From contig JAEUPE010000097.1 of NCBI GenBank assembly GCA_016790435.1, positions 6,905 to 70,904 of the forward strand: 64,000 bases of DNA, read 5' to 3'. Made by a program: the position numbers and the translations under genes. Below are positions 1-10,300 of this stretch, one piece after another (positions within the stretch are counted from its first letter, which is position 1; each line of letters opens with the position of its first letter). Source of the DNA: Rubrivivax sp. (GTDB lineage Bacteria; Pseudomonadota; Gammaproteobacteria; Burkholderiales; Burkholderiaceae_C). The notes below the pieces were generated by a model, which searched no databases, was not told the DNA's origin, and saw nothing but the letters and a program-made list of their open reading frames with translations.

Positions 1-2177
1 TCAACGCAGCCGCGGTCCGCATGCTCGAGCGCCCGGCGCAGGAGTTGATTGGCCGTGTGCTCATCGAAGTCATGGGCGCAGTGCGCTTTCGCGAGTACGA
101 AGCCCAGCGCTCTGCGGCGATGGCCGGCCAGACGGTGGAACTCGAGTGGCAGGTCGTGCGCAGCGATGGCCTGCGCACGCGCCGGCTCCGCCTGCTGCCG
201 CGCAGGGGCCCGGACGGACGGCTGGACGGGTTCATTGCCCTCACCGACGACGTGACCGAGGCGCTAGCGATGCGCGATGCCGTCGAAGCGCTGGCGGCCA
301 ACGAGGCCAAGTTCCGCGCCCTGGCCGACTCGCTGCCGGTGGGTGTGTATCACTCCGACGCGCAGGCACGCAACACCTACACCAACGCCCGCTGGCGCGA
401 GATCGCTGGCCTCGACGTCGAGCAGAGCCTGGGCGACGGCTGGCGCGACACCATCCATCCGGAAGACCGCGATGCGGTCTTCCACCATTGGCGGTACGTT
501 GCCGGCACGGGCGGCGAGTTCGAGATGGCGGTGCGGCTGCTGCGACCCGATGGCACGGTGCGCCATGTCATCGGCCGGGCGCGAACGCTGCGCGGCCCTG
601 ACGGGGAAGTCACCGGCTACGTCGGCACGAACGAGGACGTGACCGATCGCCTGGCTGCCGAGCGCGAGTTGCGCGACAGCCAGGCGCTGCTCGACCGCGT
701 CGGCCGGTTGGCCAACGTGGGGGGATGGGAGGTGCTGCTGCCGCAATGGGAACTGCGGTGGACGGACCAGACCCGGCGCATCCTCGAGCGCCCCGACGGC
801 TACCGTCCGGTGATCGGCGAGTCCCGCGCTCTCTACCGCCACGGTGCCTACGAGGTGGTCCTGGGCGCGGCGCGCCGCACGGCCGAGGACGGCACGCCCT
901 TCGACCTCGTGGTGCCCATGTGCACGGCGTTGGGCCGCGACATCCACGTTCGGGTTATCGGCGGCGCCGATCGGCAGGACGGCCGCATCGTGCGCATCGT
1001 CGGTGCGTTGCAGGACGTGACGCAGCGCCACGAGGCCGAACTGGCCATCGAGCGCAGCAACCGGGCCCTGCGCATGCTGTACGAGCAGACGCCGGCGATG
1101 TTGCACTCCATCGACCCCGAAGGGCGGCTGCTGACCGTCTCGGACCAATGGCTGGCGGGCCTGGGCTACGCACGGGAGGACGTGATCGGCCGGCTCTCGG
1201 TGGACTTCCTGACACCGGGTTCGCGCCAGGCTGTGCTTGCCGAGTACCTGCCGCGCCTGTGGCAGGTCGGCCGCAGCGACCGGCTGTCGCTGCAGATGGT
1301 GCGCCGCGACGGCACCGTGCTCGACGTGTTGCTCTCGGCGGTGGTCGAGCGCGACCCGGAAAGCCGGCCGCTGCGTGCGCTCGCCGTCATCGAGGACGTG
1401 ACCATGCTGCTCGATCGGGCCGCCCAGTTGCGGCGCGAGCAGGTTGCCCGGCGCGAACTCGAGCGCCAGGCGGCGGAGCTGGCGCGCCTGGCCAGCGAGC
1501 GGCGCGAGATGCTGGACCTGCTCGCCCACGAAGTGCGGCAGCCGCTCAACAACGCTTCGGCGGCCATCGAGAGCGCGAGCGCGATGCTGGCCGACAAGGG
1601 CGAAACGGGTGCCTCGGCGCGTCTCGTGCGCGCTCAGGGCGTGCTTTCCGAGGTGCAACGGCATGTCGACAACACCCTGGCCGTCTCCACGCTGCTGTCG
1701 AGCGCGGCCTCTCCGCCCGAGGAGGAAGCCGACATCGACACCGTGCTCGCAGTGGCGCTGGCCGAACTGCCGCGCGCCGAGCGTGCGCGGGTCACCGTCA
1801 TGCGCTTCACGGCGGCGCGTTCGGCGCTGATGGACAGCGCGCTCGTGCGCCTGGCGTTGCGCAACCTGCTCGGCAACGCCGTCCGCCACACGGCGCCGGG
1901 CACCTCGGTGACGGTGCGCATCTCGGACAGCGACGCGCCGTTGGCGCTGTTCATCGACATCGTCGATGAGGGCGGTGGCCTTCCCGCCGAGTTGCTGCCC
2001 CGCCTGTTCGAGCGCGGCGCGCGCATCCGTCACCCCGACGGTCGCACGAGCCACGGCCTCGGCCTCTTCATCGCGCACCGGGCGTTGCAGGTGCAGGGAG
2101 GCGAACTGCTGCTGCTGCACAGCAGTGCCAGCGGCACTGCCCTCAGGCTCGTGCTGCCACAGGGCCAGGCGGGCTGA
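1..2177 (+). CDS. Multi-PAS sensor histidine kinase (probably 5'-truncated by window edge)
   Basis: Several PAS/PAC repeats (GDGWRDTIHPEDR...GYVGTNEDVT; TPAMLHSIDPEGRLLTVSDQW), H-box LAHEVRQPLNNA, N-box NLLGNAVRH, G-boxes DEGGG and GLGLFI. Frame is open from position 3 upstream of ATG 21. Confidence 0.9.
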   Translation, partial: NAAAVRMLERPAQELIGRVLIEVMGAVRFREYEAQRSAAMAGQTVELEWQVVRSDGLRTRRLRLLPRRGPDGRLDGFIALTDDVTEALAMRDAVEALAANEAKFRALADSLPVGVYHSDAQARNTYTNARWREIAGLDVEQSLGDGWRDTIHPEDRDAVFHHWRYVAGTGGEFEMAVRLLRPDGTVRHVIGRARTLRGPDGEVTGYVGTNEDVTDRLAAERELRDSQALLDRVGRLANVGGWEVLLPQWELRWTDQTRRILERPDGYRPVIGESRALYRHGAYEVVLGAARRTAEDGTPFDLVVPMCTALGRDIHVRVIGGADRQDGRIVRIVGALQDVTQRHEAELAIERSNRALRMLYEQTPAMLHSIDPEGRLLTVSDQWLAGLGYAREDVIGRLSVDFLTPGSRQAVLAEYLPRLWQVGRSDRLSLQMVRRDGTVLDVLLSAVVERDPESRPLRALAVIEDVTMLLDRAAQLRREQVARRELERQAAELARLASERREMLDLLAHEVRQPLNNASAAIESASAMLADKGETGASARLVRAQGVLSEVQRHVDNTLAVSTLLSSAASPPEEEADIDTVLAVALAELPRAERARVTVMRFTAARSALMDSALVRLALRNLLGNAVRHTAPGTSVTVRISDSDAPLALFIDIVDEGGGLPAELLPRLFERGARIRHPDGRTSHGLGLFIAHRALQVQGGELLLLHSSASGTALRLVLPQGQAG

Positions 2178-2864
2178 TCAAACCTCGGTCAACGTGGCGC
2201 GGAAGACGTAGCCCACGCGTGAGCGCGCCTGCAGCGGCACCAGCATCGGCGTGGCACGTTCGATGCGCCGGCGCAGCCGGTACATGACCGCATTCAGCAC
2301 GTCGGCGCCCTCGGGCCCCGCGTTGGGGCGGCCGAGCGCCGCCAGCAGCGCCTCGCGGCTGACCGGCTGGCCCTCGGCACCGACGAACTGCTCGAGCACC
2401 TGGAGGTCGGAATCGGCGAGGCCGATCTGCGCCCCGTCGGGGGCGACGAGCGTGCGCGCGCGCTTGTCCAGGCGCCAGGGCCCGCTCGCCGCGGCGACGC
2501 GGGCGCTGCGGCGGTAGACGGCCTTGATGGCGTTCTCGACCTGCTCGAACTGCACCGGCTTGGCCAGGTACATGTCTGCGCCGGCACGTAGCACGTTGGA
2601 GAACACTTCGGAACCCAGGCGGCCCGAGACCACCAGCACCCCGGCCTCGCTGCGCCGGCGCAGGATGTCGAGCAACTGCTCGCCGTCCACGCCGGGGAGC
2701 ATCAGGTCCACGATGTAGAAGTCGAAGTCCGCGGTCGGGTCGGCCAGCAACGAGTTGCCGTCGGCATAACGCGTGACCTGCACGCCTTTTTCCTGCAGGT
2801 GTTGCGCCAGGTACTCGGAGTAGACCGGGTCGTCGTCGATGAGGGCCAGGGTGCGGGGCAGCAT
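2178..2864 (-). CDS. OmpR-family response regulator
   Basis: Receiver (LIDDD...IVDLMLPGVDG...YLAKP) plus C-terminal winged helix (VSREALL...MYRLRRRIE...GYVF). Confidence 0.9.
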   Translation of the reverse strand: MLPRTLALIDDDPVYSEYLAQHLQEKGVQVTRYADGNSLLADPTADFDFYIVDLMLPGVDGEQLLDILRRRSEAGVLVVSGRLGSEVFSNVLRAGADMYLAKPVQFEQVENAIKAVYRRSARVAAASGPWRLDKRARTLVAPDGAQIGLADSDLQVLEQFVGAEGQPVSREALLAALGRPNAGPEGADVLNAVMYRLRRRIERATPMLVPLQARSRVGYVFRATLTEV

Positions 2865-2920
2865 GCTCGCGATTGTCGTCCAAGCCAGGGCGAGGGCAAG
2901 CGGCCTGATACGCTTTCGCC

Positions 2921-3403
2921 ATGAGCGACGTCAAGAACCAGGGCGCACGGCCCTTCCGCATCCTCGGCATCCAGCAGATCGCCATAGGCGGGCCCGACAA
3001 GCAGCGCCTGGGCGCGCTGTGGGTCGACATCTTCGGCCTGGCTCGCAAGAGCACGTTCACGAGCGAGCGCGAGAACGTCGACGAGGACATCTGCGCGCTG
3101 GGCACCGGGCCCCGTGCCGTCGAGGTGGACCTGATGCAGCCGCTCGACCCCGGGAAGAAGCCCGCGGTGCACGCGACGCCGCTCAATCACGTGGGCTTGT
3201 GGGTCGACGACCTGCCTGCCGCCGTGGCCTGGATGACGGCGCAGGGGGTGCGCTTCGCGCCGGGCGGCATCCGCCCCGGCGCCGCGGGGCACGACATCTG
3301 CTTCATCCACCCCAAGGGCAACGAGGAGTTCCCGCTCGGTGGCGAGGGTGTGCTGATCGAACTCGTGCAGGCGCCGGCCGACGTGGTGGCCGCACTCGGC
3401 TGA
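2921..3403 (+). CDS. VOC/glyoxalase-superfamily protein (methylmalonyl-CoA epimerase-like)
   Basis: [38 protein letters not shown] motifs. Confidence 0.85.
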   Translation: MSDVKNQGARPFRILGIQQIAIGGPDKQRLGALWVDIFGLARKSTFTSERENVDEDICALGTGPRAVEVDLMQPLDPGKKPAVHATPLNHVGLWVDDLPAAVAWMTAQGVRFAPGGIRPGAAGHDICFIHPKGNEEFPLGGEGVLIELVQAPADVVAALG

Positions 3404-3407
3404 GCGC

Positions 3408-3437
3408 AGGCCTGAGCGATGGCCCGCGCTCAGGCCT
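3408..3437. terminator. Hairpin between convergent VOC and dsbB genes
   Basis: Perfect 11-bp inverted repeat aggcctgagcg / cgctcaggcct just after the stop codon; only a weak U tract. Confidence 0.5.
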
Positions 3438-3463
3438 TCTGCCTCGGGATGCCGCCGCGAAGG

Positions 3464-3967
3464 CTAGCGGCGTGCGGCTTGGCGCCAGACCAAGGCGGCC
3501 ACGGCCGCGAGCAAGGCGTACAGCCCCAGGCTCCAGAACTCGTAGGGCACGCCCAGGAGGCGGGCCTTCGCATCGGCGCAGGAGGCAAAGGCCGCGAAGA
3601 CCTGCGGCAGCGCCATGTCCAGCCCGGTGGCACTCATGAGGCGGTCGGCCAGCGTCAGTTCGCAAGACACGCTGGAGGTGGCGACGAAGTGATGCCACAG
3701 CGCAGTGGCGACGCCGGCCAGCGCGAACAGGCCGCTCAGCGCGGCGCTCGCGCGCCAAAACGCCGGCCGCGGGGTCAGTGCGCCCGCCAGGGCGACCAGC
3801 CCGACGAGTACGAACACCAGGCGCTGCAGCACGCACCACGGGCACGGCTGCATCTCGAACACATGCTGCGACACCAGCGCCGCCGCCAGCGCTGCCACAC
3901 AGGTGACGGCCGTGAGGCCGAGCCACGCTCGCGGCGTGAGGCGGCCGAGCGGGGCTGGCAGGCTCAC
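3464..3967 (-). CDS. dsbB: Disulfide bond formation protein B
   Basis: QPCPWCVLQR motif, second Cys pair (SVSC...ASCA), four TM segments. Confidence 0.92.
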   Translation of the reverse strand: MSLPAPLGRLTPRAWLGLTAVTCVAALAAALVSQHVFEMQPCPWCVLQRLVFVLVGLVALAGALTPRPAFWRASAALSGLFALAGVATALWHHFVATSSVSCELTLADRLMSATGLDMALPQVFAAFASCADAKARLLGVPYEFWSLGLYALLAAVAALVWRQAARR

Positions 3968-4428
3968 TGCACCTCGGCGATCAATTCGATTTCGACGCAG
4001 GCGCCGAGCGGGATCTGCGCCACGCCGAACGCGCTGCGCGCGTGCGCGCCGATCTCCTTGCCGAACACCTCGACGAGCAGTTCGCTGCAGCCGTTGGTCA
4101 CCAGGTGCTGCTCGGTGAACGTGGGCGTGCTGTTGACGAGGCTCATCACCTTGACGATGCGCTTGACGCGCGCGAGGTCGCCGGTGGCGGCCTGCAGCGT
4201 GCCCATCAGCTCGATGGCGATGGCCCGCGCGGCGAGCTTGCCCTCCTCGGTGCCGATGCCGGCGCCGAGCTGCCCGACCCAGGGCTTGCCGTCCTTGCGT
4301 GCGATGTGGCCGGAGACGAAGACGAGGTTGCCCGTGCGCACGAAGGGCACGTAGGCCGCGGCCGGCACGCCCACCGGGGGCAGCGAGATGCCGAGCGCCT
4401 GCAGGCGTTCCTGGATGGGGGTGGACAT
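3964..4428 (-). CDS. RidA/YjgF-family protein
   Basis: AAYVPFVRTGNLVFVSGH...HARSAFGVAQIPLGACVEIE; start set at MSTPIQERL. Confidence 0.9.
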   Translation of the reverse strand: MSTPIQERLQALGISLPPVGVPAAAYVPFVRTGNLVFVSGHIARKDGKPWVGQLGAGIGTEEGKLAARAIAIELMGTLQAATGDLARVKRIVKVMSLVNSTPTFTEQHLVTNGCSELLVEVFGKEIGAHARSAFGVAQIPLGACVEIELIAEVQ

Positions 4429-4502
4429 GGCGTGCGCGGCACCCGCATGGGGGCCGCCGAAGGGGCCTCGGTCGAGGCGGGGCGGCATCCTACACTGAGG
4501 TC

Positions 4503-7238
4503 ATGCGCCCGACCCCGCCCGCGCGGCCGGCCTCGACCACGACGGGCCAGCGCATGCTGCTGCTGGCCATGGCGTGCGCCGGCGTGCTGCTCGGCACGGC
4601 CGCGCAGATGCAGTTGGTCGAGCTGCCGGCGCCCGGGCTCCTCTGGTCGGCGCTGGGGGCGGCGGTGCTGCTCTTGCTGTTCGGGTCGCTGCCCCTGTCC
4701 CGGTGCGCGGGCTGGGCCATGGCCGGCCGGCCGGCCCTGTGGCTGCTCGCCGCGGCGATCGCCGCCTTCGCAATCGTGTCGTTGCGCGCGCATGGGCGGC
4801 TGGACGAACGCCTGCCTGCGGCGCTGGAAGGGCGCGACATCGTCGTCACCGGCCTCGTGGCGCAGCTGCCGCGCAACGGGCTGCAGGGCGCGCGTTTCCT
4901 CTTCGCCGTGGAGACCGCCTCGCTCGAGGGCCGGGCCGTGGCGATGCCGGGCCTGCTCTCGCTCGGCTGGTACCGCGGCGCCGAGCCCGATGCGCTGCTG
5001 CTCGGCCCGCAGGTCGAGGTGCGCGCCGGCCAGCGCTGGCGCTTCACGGTGCGGTTGCGGCAACCGCATGGGCCCTTCAACCCGGGCGGGTTCGACCTCG
5101 AGCTGTGGCTCTTCGAGCGTGGCATCGGCGCCACCGGCCAGGTGCGCGCCCGGGCAGGCGATGCCGCGACGCTGGTCGCCGAGGGCGCCGGCGCGCCGGT
5201 GGAACGCGCCCGCCAGCGGGTGCGCGATGCCATCGAGCGCCGGCTCGCCGGCCCGGAGCAGGGGCGCCAAGGCGGCCGCATCGCCGGCGTCGTCGCCGCC
5301 CTTGCCGTCGGCGACCAGGCGGCCATCGAGCGCGAGGACTGGGAACTCTTCCGTGTCACCGGCGTCGCGCACCTGATGAGCATCTCCGGCCTGCACGTGA
5401 CGATGTTCGCCTGGCTGGCCGGCGGCGCGATCGGCTGGCTGTGGCGGCGCAGCGCCCGCGCGATGGTGTCGCTGCCGGCACCGCTGGCGGCGCGTTGGGG
5501 CGGCGTCGGAGTGGCGTTGGCGTACGCGCTCTTCGCCGGCTGGGGGGTGCCGGCGCAGCGCACGGTGTGCATGCTCGCCACGGTGGCGGCGTTGCAGAGC
5601 CTGGGGGCGCGGTGGCCGTTGCACGCGGTGTTGCTGGTGACGGCGGCGGTGGTCGTGGCGGTGGACCCGTGGGCGCTGCAGCAGCCGGGGTTCTGGTTGT
5701 CGTTCGTCGCCGTGGGGCTGCTCGCTGCCTCGGAGCCGGTGGGTGGGGCGCGCGAGCCTGCCGCGAGCGTCGGGAGCGGCGCGAGTGGCGCAATGCAGGT
5801 GCAGGCTCACATGCAGGCGCACCTGCGGCGCGCCGCCACGCTGGCCCGCTCGGCGCTGCGCACGCAGGCCGTGGCCACCATCGGGCTCGCGCCGTTGTCG
5901 CTGGTGTTCTTCCAGCAGGTGTCGCTGGTTGGCTTCGTCGCCAACCTGGTGGCGATCCCGGTCGTGACGCTGCTCGTGACGCCCTTGTCGCTGCTCGGCA
6001 TGTTGATCGCGCCTCTGTGGGACGTGGCGGCGCTCGTGCTCTCCAGCCTGATGTTCCTGCTGCACGGCCTGGCCGGTGCTGGGCCCTTGGGGCTGCCGGG
6101 GCCTGAGCCGGCGGCGGGGTCGGCACCATGGCCCGCGGTGTGGCAGGCCGCGTCCGCGCCCGCCTGGGCCATGGCCGCCGGGCTGCTCGGAGGGCTGGTC
6201 GCCGTACTGCCGCTGCCGTGGCGCCTGCGGGCGCTGGCGCTGCCCCTGATGCTGCCCCTGCTGGCGCCTGCCGTGCCACGGCCGGCCGAGGGCCGGTTCG
6301 AGTTCGTGGCGCTCGATGTCGGGCAGGGCACGGCGGCACTCGTGCGCACGCGCCGGCACCTGCTCCTCTACGACACCGGGCCGGCGCTGTCGCCCGAGTC
6401 GGACGCGGGCAGCCGCCTCGTCGTGCCGCTGCTGCGCCGGCGCGGCGAGTCGCACATCGACCACCTGGTGCTCAGCCACCGCGATGTCGACCATGTGGGC
6501 GGTGCCGGTGCGGTGCTCGCCGCGCTGCCGGTGCGCCGGCTTTCCAGCTCGCTGGACGACGCCCATCCGCTGGTTGCCCGCGCGCGCAGCGCCGGCGCCG
6601 CCGTGCACCGCTGCGAGGCTGGCCAGCAGTGGGACTGGGACGGCGTGCGCTTCGAGGTGCTGCATCCGACGCCGGCCGAGTTCGGCCGGCCCGGGCTGCG
6701 CTCGGCCGAGTTCGGCCGGCCTGGGCCGCACTCGGCCGACTTCGGCCGGCCCGGCCCACCTTCGGTTGAGTTGGGTCGGCCCGGCGAACCGGCGGCCGAT
6801 GCCGGCTGGCCGGTGGCTCGCTCCAATGCCCTCAGTTGCGTGCTTCGCGTCACCTCGGCCGAAACAAGCGTGCTGCTCACCGGCGACATCGAGGCGGCGC
6901 AGGAAGCGGCTCTGCGCGAGCGCGACGGCGCCCGTCTGCGCGCCCGCGTGCTGCTCGTGCCGCACCACGGCAGCCGCACCTCGTCGACTCCGGCCTTCAT
7001 CGAGACCGTGGCGCCGGAACTGGCGCTGGCCCAGGCCGGCTACCGAAGCCGCTTCGGGCATCCGGCGCCCGACGTGGTGGCGCGCTACGAGACGCGCGGC
7101 ATCGCGTTGGCGCGCAGCGACCGCTGTGGCGCCCTCACCCTCGCCCCCGGGGGCGAGGCACGCTGCGAGCGCGAGGCGGCACGCCGTTACTGGCATCATC
7201 GGGCCGACGATCGCGTGCAGGCGTTGGTGGGTGGTTGA
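4503..7238 (+). CDS. comEC: DNA internalization competence protein ComEC/Rec2
   Basis: NPGGFD, TGVAHLMSISGLH, GFWLSF, and MBL domain DVGQG, LYDTG, SHRDVDHVGG, LLTGDIE, VPHHGSRTSS. Confidence 0.93.
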   Translation: MRPTPPARPASTTTGQRMLLLAMACAGVLLGTAAQMQLVELPAPGLLWSALGAAVLLLLFGSLPLSRCAGWAMAGRPALWLLAAAIAAFAIVSLRAHGRLDERLPAALEGRDIVVTGLVAQLPRNGLQGARFLFAVETASLEGRAVAMPGLLSLGWYRGAEPDALLLGPQVEVRAGQRWRFTVRLRQPHGPFNPGGFDLELWLFERGIGATGQVRARAGDAATLVAEGAGAPVERARQRVRDAIERRLAGPEQGRQGGRIAGVVAALAVGDQAAIEREDWELFRVTGVAHLMSISGLHVTMFAWLAGGAIGWLWRRSARAMVSLPAPLAARWGGVGVALAYALFAGWGVPAQRTVCMLATVAALQSLGARWPLHAVLLVTAAVVVAVDPWALQQPGFWLSFVAVGLLAASEPVGGAREPAASVGSGASGAMQVQAHMQAHLRRAATLARSALRTQAVATIGLAPLSLVFFQQVSLVGFVANLVAIPVVTLLVTPLSLLGMLIAPLWDVAALVLSSLMFLLHGLAGAGPLGLPGPEPAAGSAPWPAVWQAASAPAWAMAAGLLGGLVAVLPLPWRLRALALPLMLPLLAPAVPRPAEGRFEFVALDVGQGTAALVRTRRHLLLYDTGPALSPESDAGSRLVVPLLRRRGESHIDHLVLSHRDVDHVGGAGAVLAALPVRRLSSSLDDAHPLVARARSAGAAVHRCEAGQQWDWDGVRFEVLHPTPAEFGRPGLRSAEFGRPGPHSADFGRPGPPSVELGRPGEPAADAGWPVARSNALSCVLRVTSAETSVLLTGDIEAAQEAALRERDGARLRARVLLVPHHGSRTSSTPAFIETVAPELALAQAGYRSRFGHPAPDVVARYETRGIALARSDRCGALTLAPGGEARCEREAARRYWHHRADDRVQALVGG
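6673..6790 (+). repeat. 4 x 30-bp in-frame tandem repeat inside comEC
   Basis: cggccgagttcggccggcccgggctgcgct and three degenerate copies, encoding AEFGRPGLRS/AEFGRPGPHS/ADFGRPGPPS/VELGRPGEP. Confidence 0.9.
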
Positions 7239-7320
7239 CGCCCGGAGAACGGAAAGCGCCCTGGCCCGGCATTTGCATGGAACGGCCACCAAGAACAAAC
7301 CCACCCCGAGGAGCCCACCG

Positions 7321-10300
7321 GTGTCCATCCACGTCGCGCTGAACCACGTCACGCACTACCGCTACGACAGGCGCGTCAATCTCGGCCCGCAGATCGTTCG
7401 CCTGCGCCCGGCGCCGCACGCGCGCACGCCCATCCTCAGCTACAGCCTGCGCATCGAGCCGGCCGAGCACTTCATCAACTGGCAGCAGGACCCCTTCGGC
7501 AACCACCACGCGCGCCTCGTCTTCCCCGAGAAGACGCGCGAGTTCAAGGTCACGGTGGACCTCGTGGCCGAGATGTCGGTCTACAACCCGTTCGACTTCT
7601 TCCTCGAGCCCGAAGCAGAGCAGTTCCCCTTCCGCTATGCGCCCGAGCTGGCGCACGATCTCGTGCCCTACCTGATCCGCGGCGAGCTTTCGCCGCGCCT
7701 CGCTGCCTTCGTGGCGAGCATCTCGCGCAAGGAACAGCGCACGATCGACTTCCTGGTCGGCCTCAACCAGCGGCTGCAGCGCGAGATCGGCTACATCGTG
7801 CGCATGGAGCCCGGCGTGCAGACGCCCGAGCAGACGCTCGAGAAGGCCAGCGGCTCCTGCCGCGACACCGGCTGGCTGCTCGTGCAGACGCTGCGCCACC
7901 TGGGCCTGGCGGCGCGCTTCGTCTCCGGCTACCTCATCCAGCTGCAGCCCGACGTGAAGGCGCTCGACGGGCCCTCGGGCGCCGAACGCGACTTCACCGA
8001 CCTGCACGCCTGGTGCGAGGTGTACCTGCCGGGCGCCGGCTGGGTCGGCCTCGACCCGACCTCGGGTCTGCTGGCAGGCGAGGGCCACATCCCGGTGGCC
8101 TGCACGCCCGAGCCGGGCAGTGCCGCGCCGGTGACGGGCGCGGTCGACGAGTGCGAGGTCGAATTCAGCCACCACATGCAGGTGTCGCGCATCCACGAGA
8201 GCCCGCGCGTCACCAAGCCCTACACCGAGGCGCAGTGGCGCGCCATCGAAGCCCTCGGCCACGAGGTCGACGAGAGCCTGGTGGCGCAGGACGTGCGTCT
8301 GACGATGGGCGGCGAGCCCACCTACGTGGCGGTGGGCGACCGCGACGCGGCGGAGTGGAACACCGACGCGCTCGGCCCCACCAAGCGCGGCTTTGCCACC
8401 GAGCTCGTGCATCGGCTGCGCGAGCGTTACGGTACCGGCGGCTTCCTGCATTTCGGCCAGGGCAAGTGGTACCCGGGCGAGCAGCTGCCTCGCTGGGCGC
8501 TGTCGATCTTCTGGCGCACTGACGGGCAGCCCTGCTGGGTGGACCCGGGCCTCTTCGCCGACGAGCGCACGCCGCACCGCTACACCGCGGTCGACGCAGA
8601 GCGCTTCACGCGCACGCTGACGCGTCGCCTCGGTCTCGAAGACCGCTGGGTGCAGCCCGGCTACGAGGACACCTGGTACTACCTCTGGCGCGAGCGCCGC
8701 CTGCCGATCAACGTCGACCCCTTCGACGCGCGGCTCGACGACGAGCTCGAGCGCACCCGCCTGCGCCGTGTCTTCGCGCAGCGGCTCGATGCGCCGGTGG
8801 GCTACGTGCTGCCGCTGCGACGCGAGTGGCGCGTGGGCCTGGCCGGCCCGGCGTGGATGACCGGGCCCTGGTTCCTGCGCGACGAGCGCATGTACCTGAT
8901 GCCGGGCGACTCGCCGATGGGCTACCGGCTGCCGCTCGACTCGCTGCCCTGGGCGGCGCGTGCCGACCAACCCTGGACGCTGCAGGCCGACCCCTTCGCG
9001 CCGAAGCCGGCGCTGCCCTCGGCGGCGGCGATGCGGATGCAGCAGATGCTGTCCGGCCCGGGTGCCGCTGACGACGGCGCTGCGGAGGCCAGGGCCGAGC
9101 GCGCCGCCGCCGCTGGCGAACGGCCCGCCGAGGCGGGCGACGCGGCGACGCAGGGCCTCGTCTGGCTGGGCGACGTGACGGTGGCCGCCGGACCCGGCGT
9201 CGAGCGCATGGGCACCGAGCACGACCCGGCCGTGCCTTCGGCGCGCCCTCCGCTGGCGCAGCCACAGCGCTTCCAGAGCGCCGACCACATCACGCGCACC
9301 GCGCTGTGCGTGGAGGTGCGCGACCCGCAGCGCGCCAACGGTCCGAAGGCCGAGATGTGGGCCGAGAAGAGCCTGGGTGGCAAGAGCGGCGTGCTGTATG
9401 TCTTCATGCCGCCGCTGCGCTTTCTCGAGGATTACCTCGAGCTGCTCGCGGCCGTGGAGGCCACGGCGGCCGAACTCGGCGTGCAGATCGTGCTGGAGGG
9501 CTACCCGCCGCCGCGCGACCCGCGCCTGAAGGTGCTGGCCGTGACGCCGGACCCCGGTGTCATCGAGGTCAACATCCACCCCTCCTCGAGCTGGGGCGAG
9601 CTCGTCGACCACACCGAATTCCTCTACGAGGCGGCGCACCAGAGCCGCCTGTCGGCCGAGAAGTTCATGCTCGACGGCCGCCACACCGGCACCGGCGGCG
9701 GCAACCACTTTGTGCTCGGCGGCGCCACGGCCGGCGACAGCCCCTTCCTGCGCCGGCCCGACCTGCTGGCCAGCCTCCTCACCTACTGGCACAACCACCC
9801 GAGCCTGAGTTACCTGTTCAGCGGGCTGTTCATCGGCCCGACGAGCCAGCACCCGCGCTTCGACGAGGCGCGCGGCGACCAGGTCTACGAGGTCGAGATC
9901 GCGCTGCAGGAGATCGAGCGGCAACTGGCCCTCTACGGCCAGTGCCCACCGTGGATGATCGACCGCACGCTGCGCAACCTGCTCGTCGATGCCACGGGAA
10001 ACACGCACCGCACCGAGTTCTCGATCGACAAGCTCTATTCGCCCGACGGTCCCACGGGGCGGCTCGGACTGCTGGAACTGCGCGCCTTCGAAATGCCGCC
10101 GCACTCGCGCATGAGCCTGGCCCAGCAACTGCTGATGCGCGCGCTCGTCGCCTGGTTCTGGCGCGAGCCCTACCGGGGCCGCGGGGCGACGCGCCTGACG
10201 CGCTGGGACACGGCGCTGCACGACCGCTTCATGCTGCCCACGTTCGTGCAGATGGACTTCGACGATGTGATCGCCGACCTGCGCGCCGCCGGCTTCGCCT

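Noticed and set aside
6316-7320. Upstream extension of the 1520-aa ORF (likewise 9306-10916 and 14363-14761)
   Set aside because: They overlap real genes in other frames; conserved N-termini and/or RBS place the starts at 7321, 10917 and 14762
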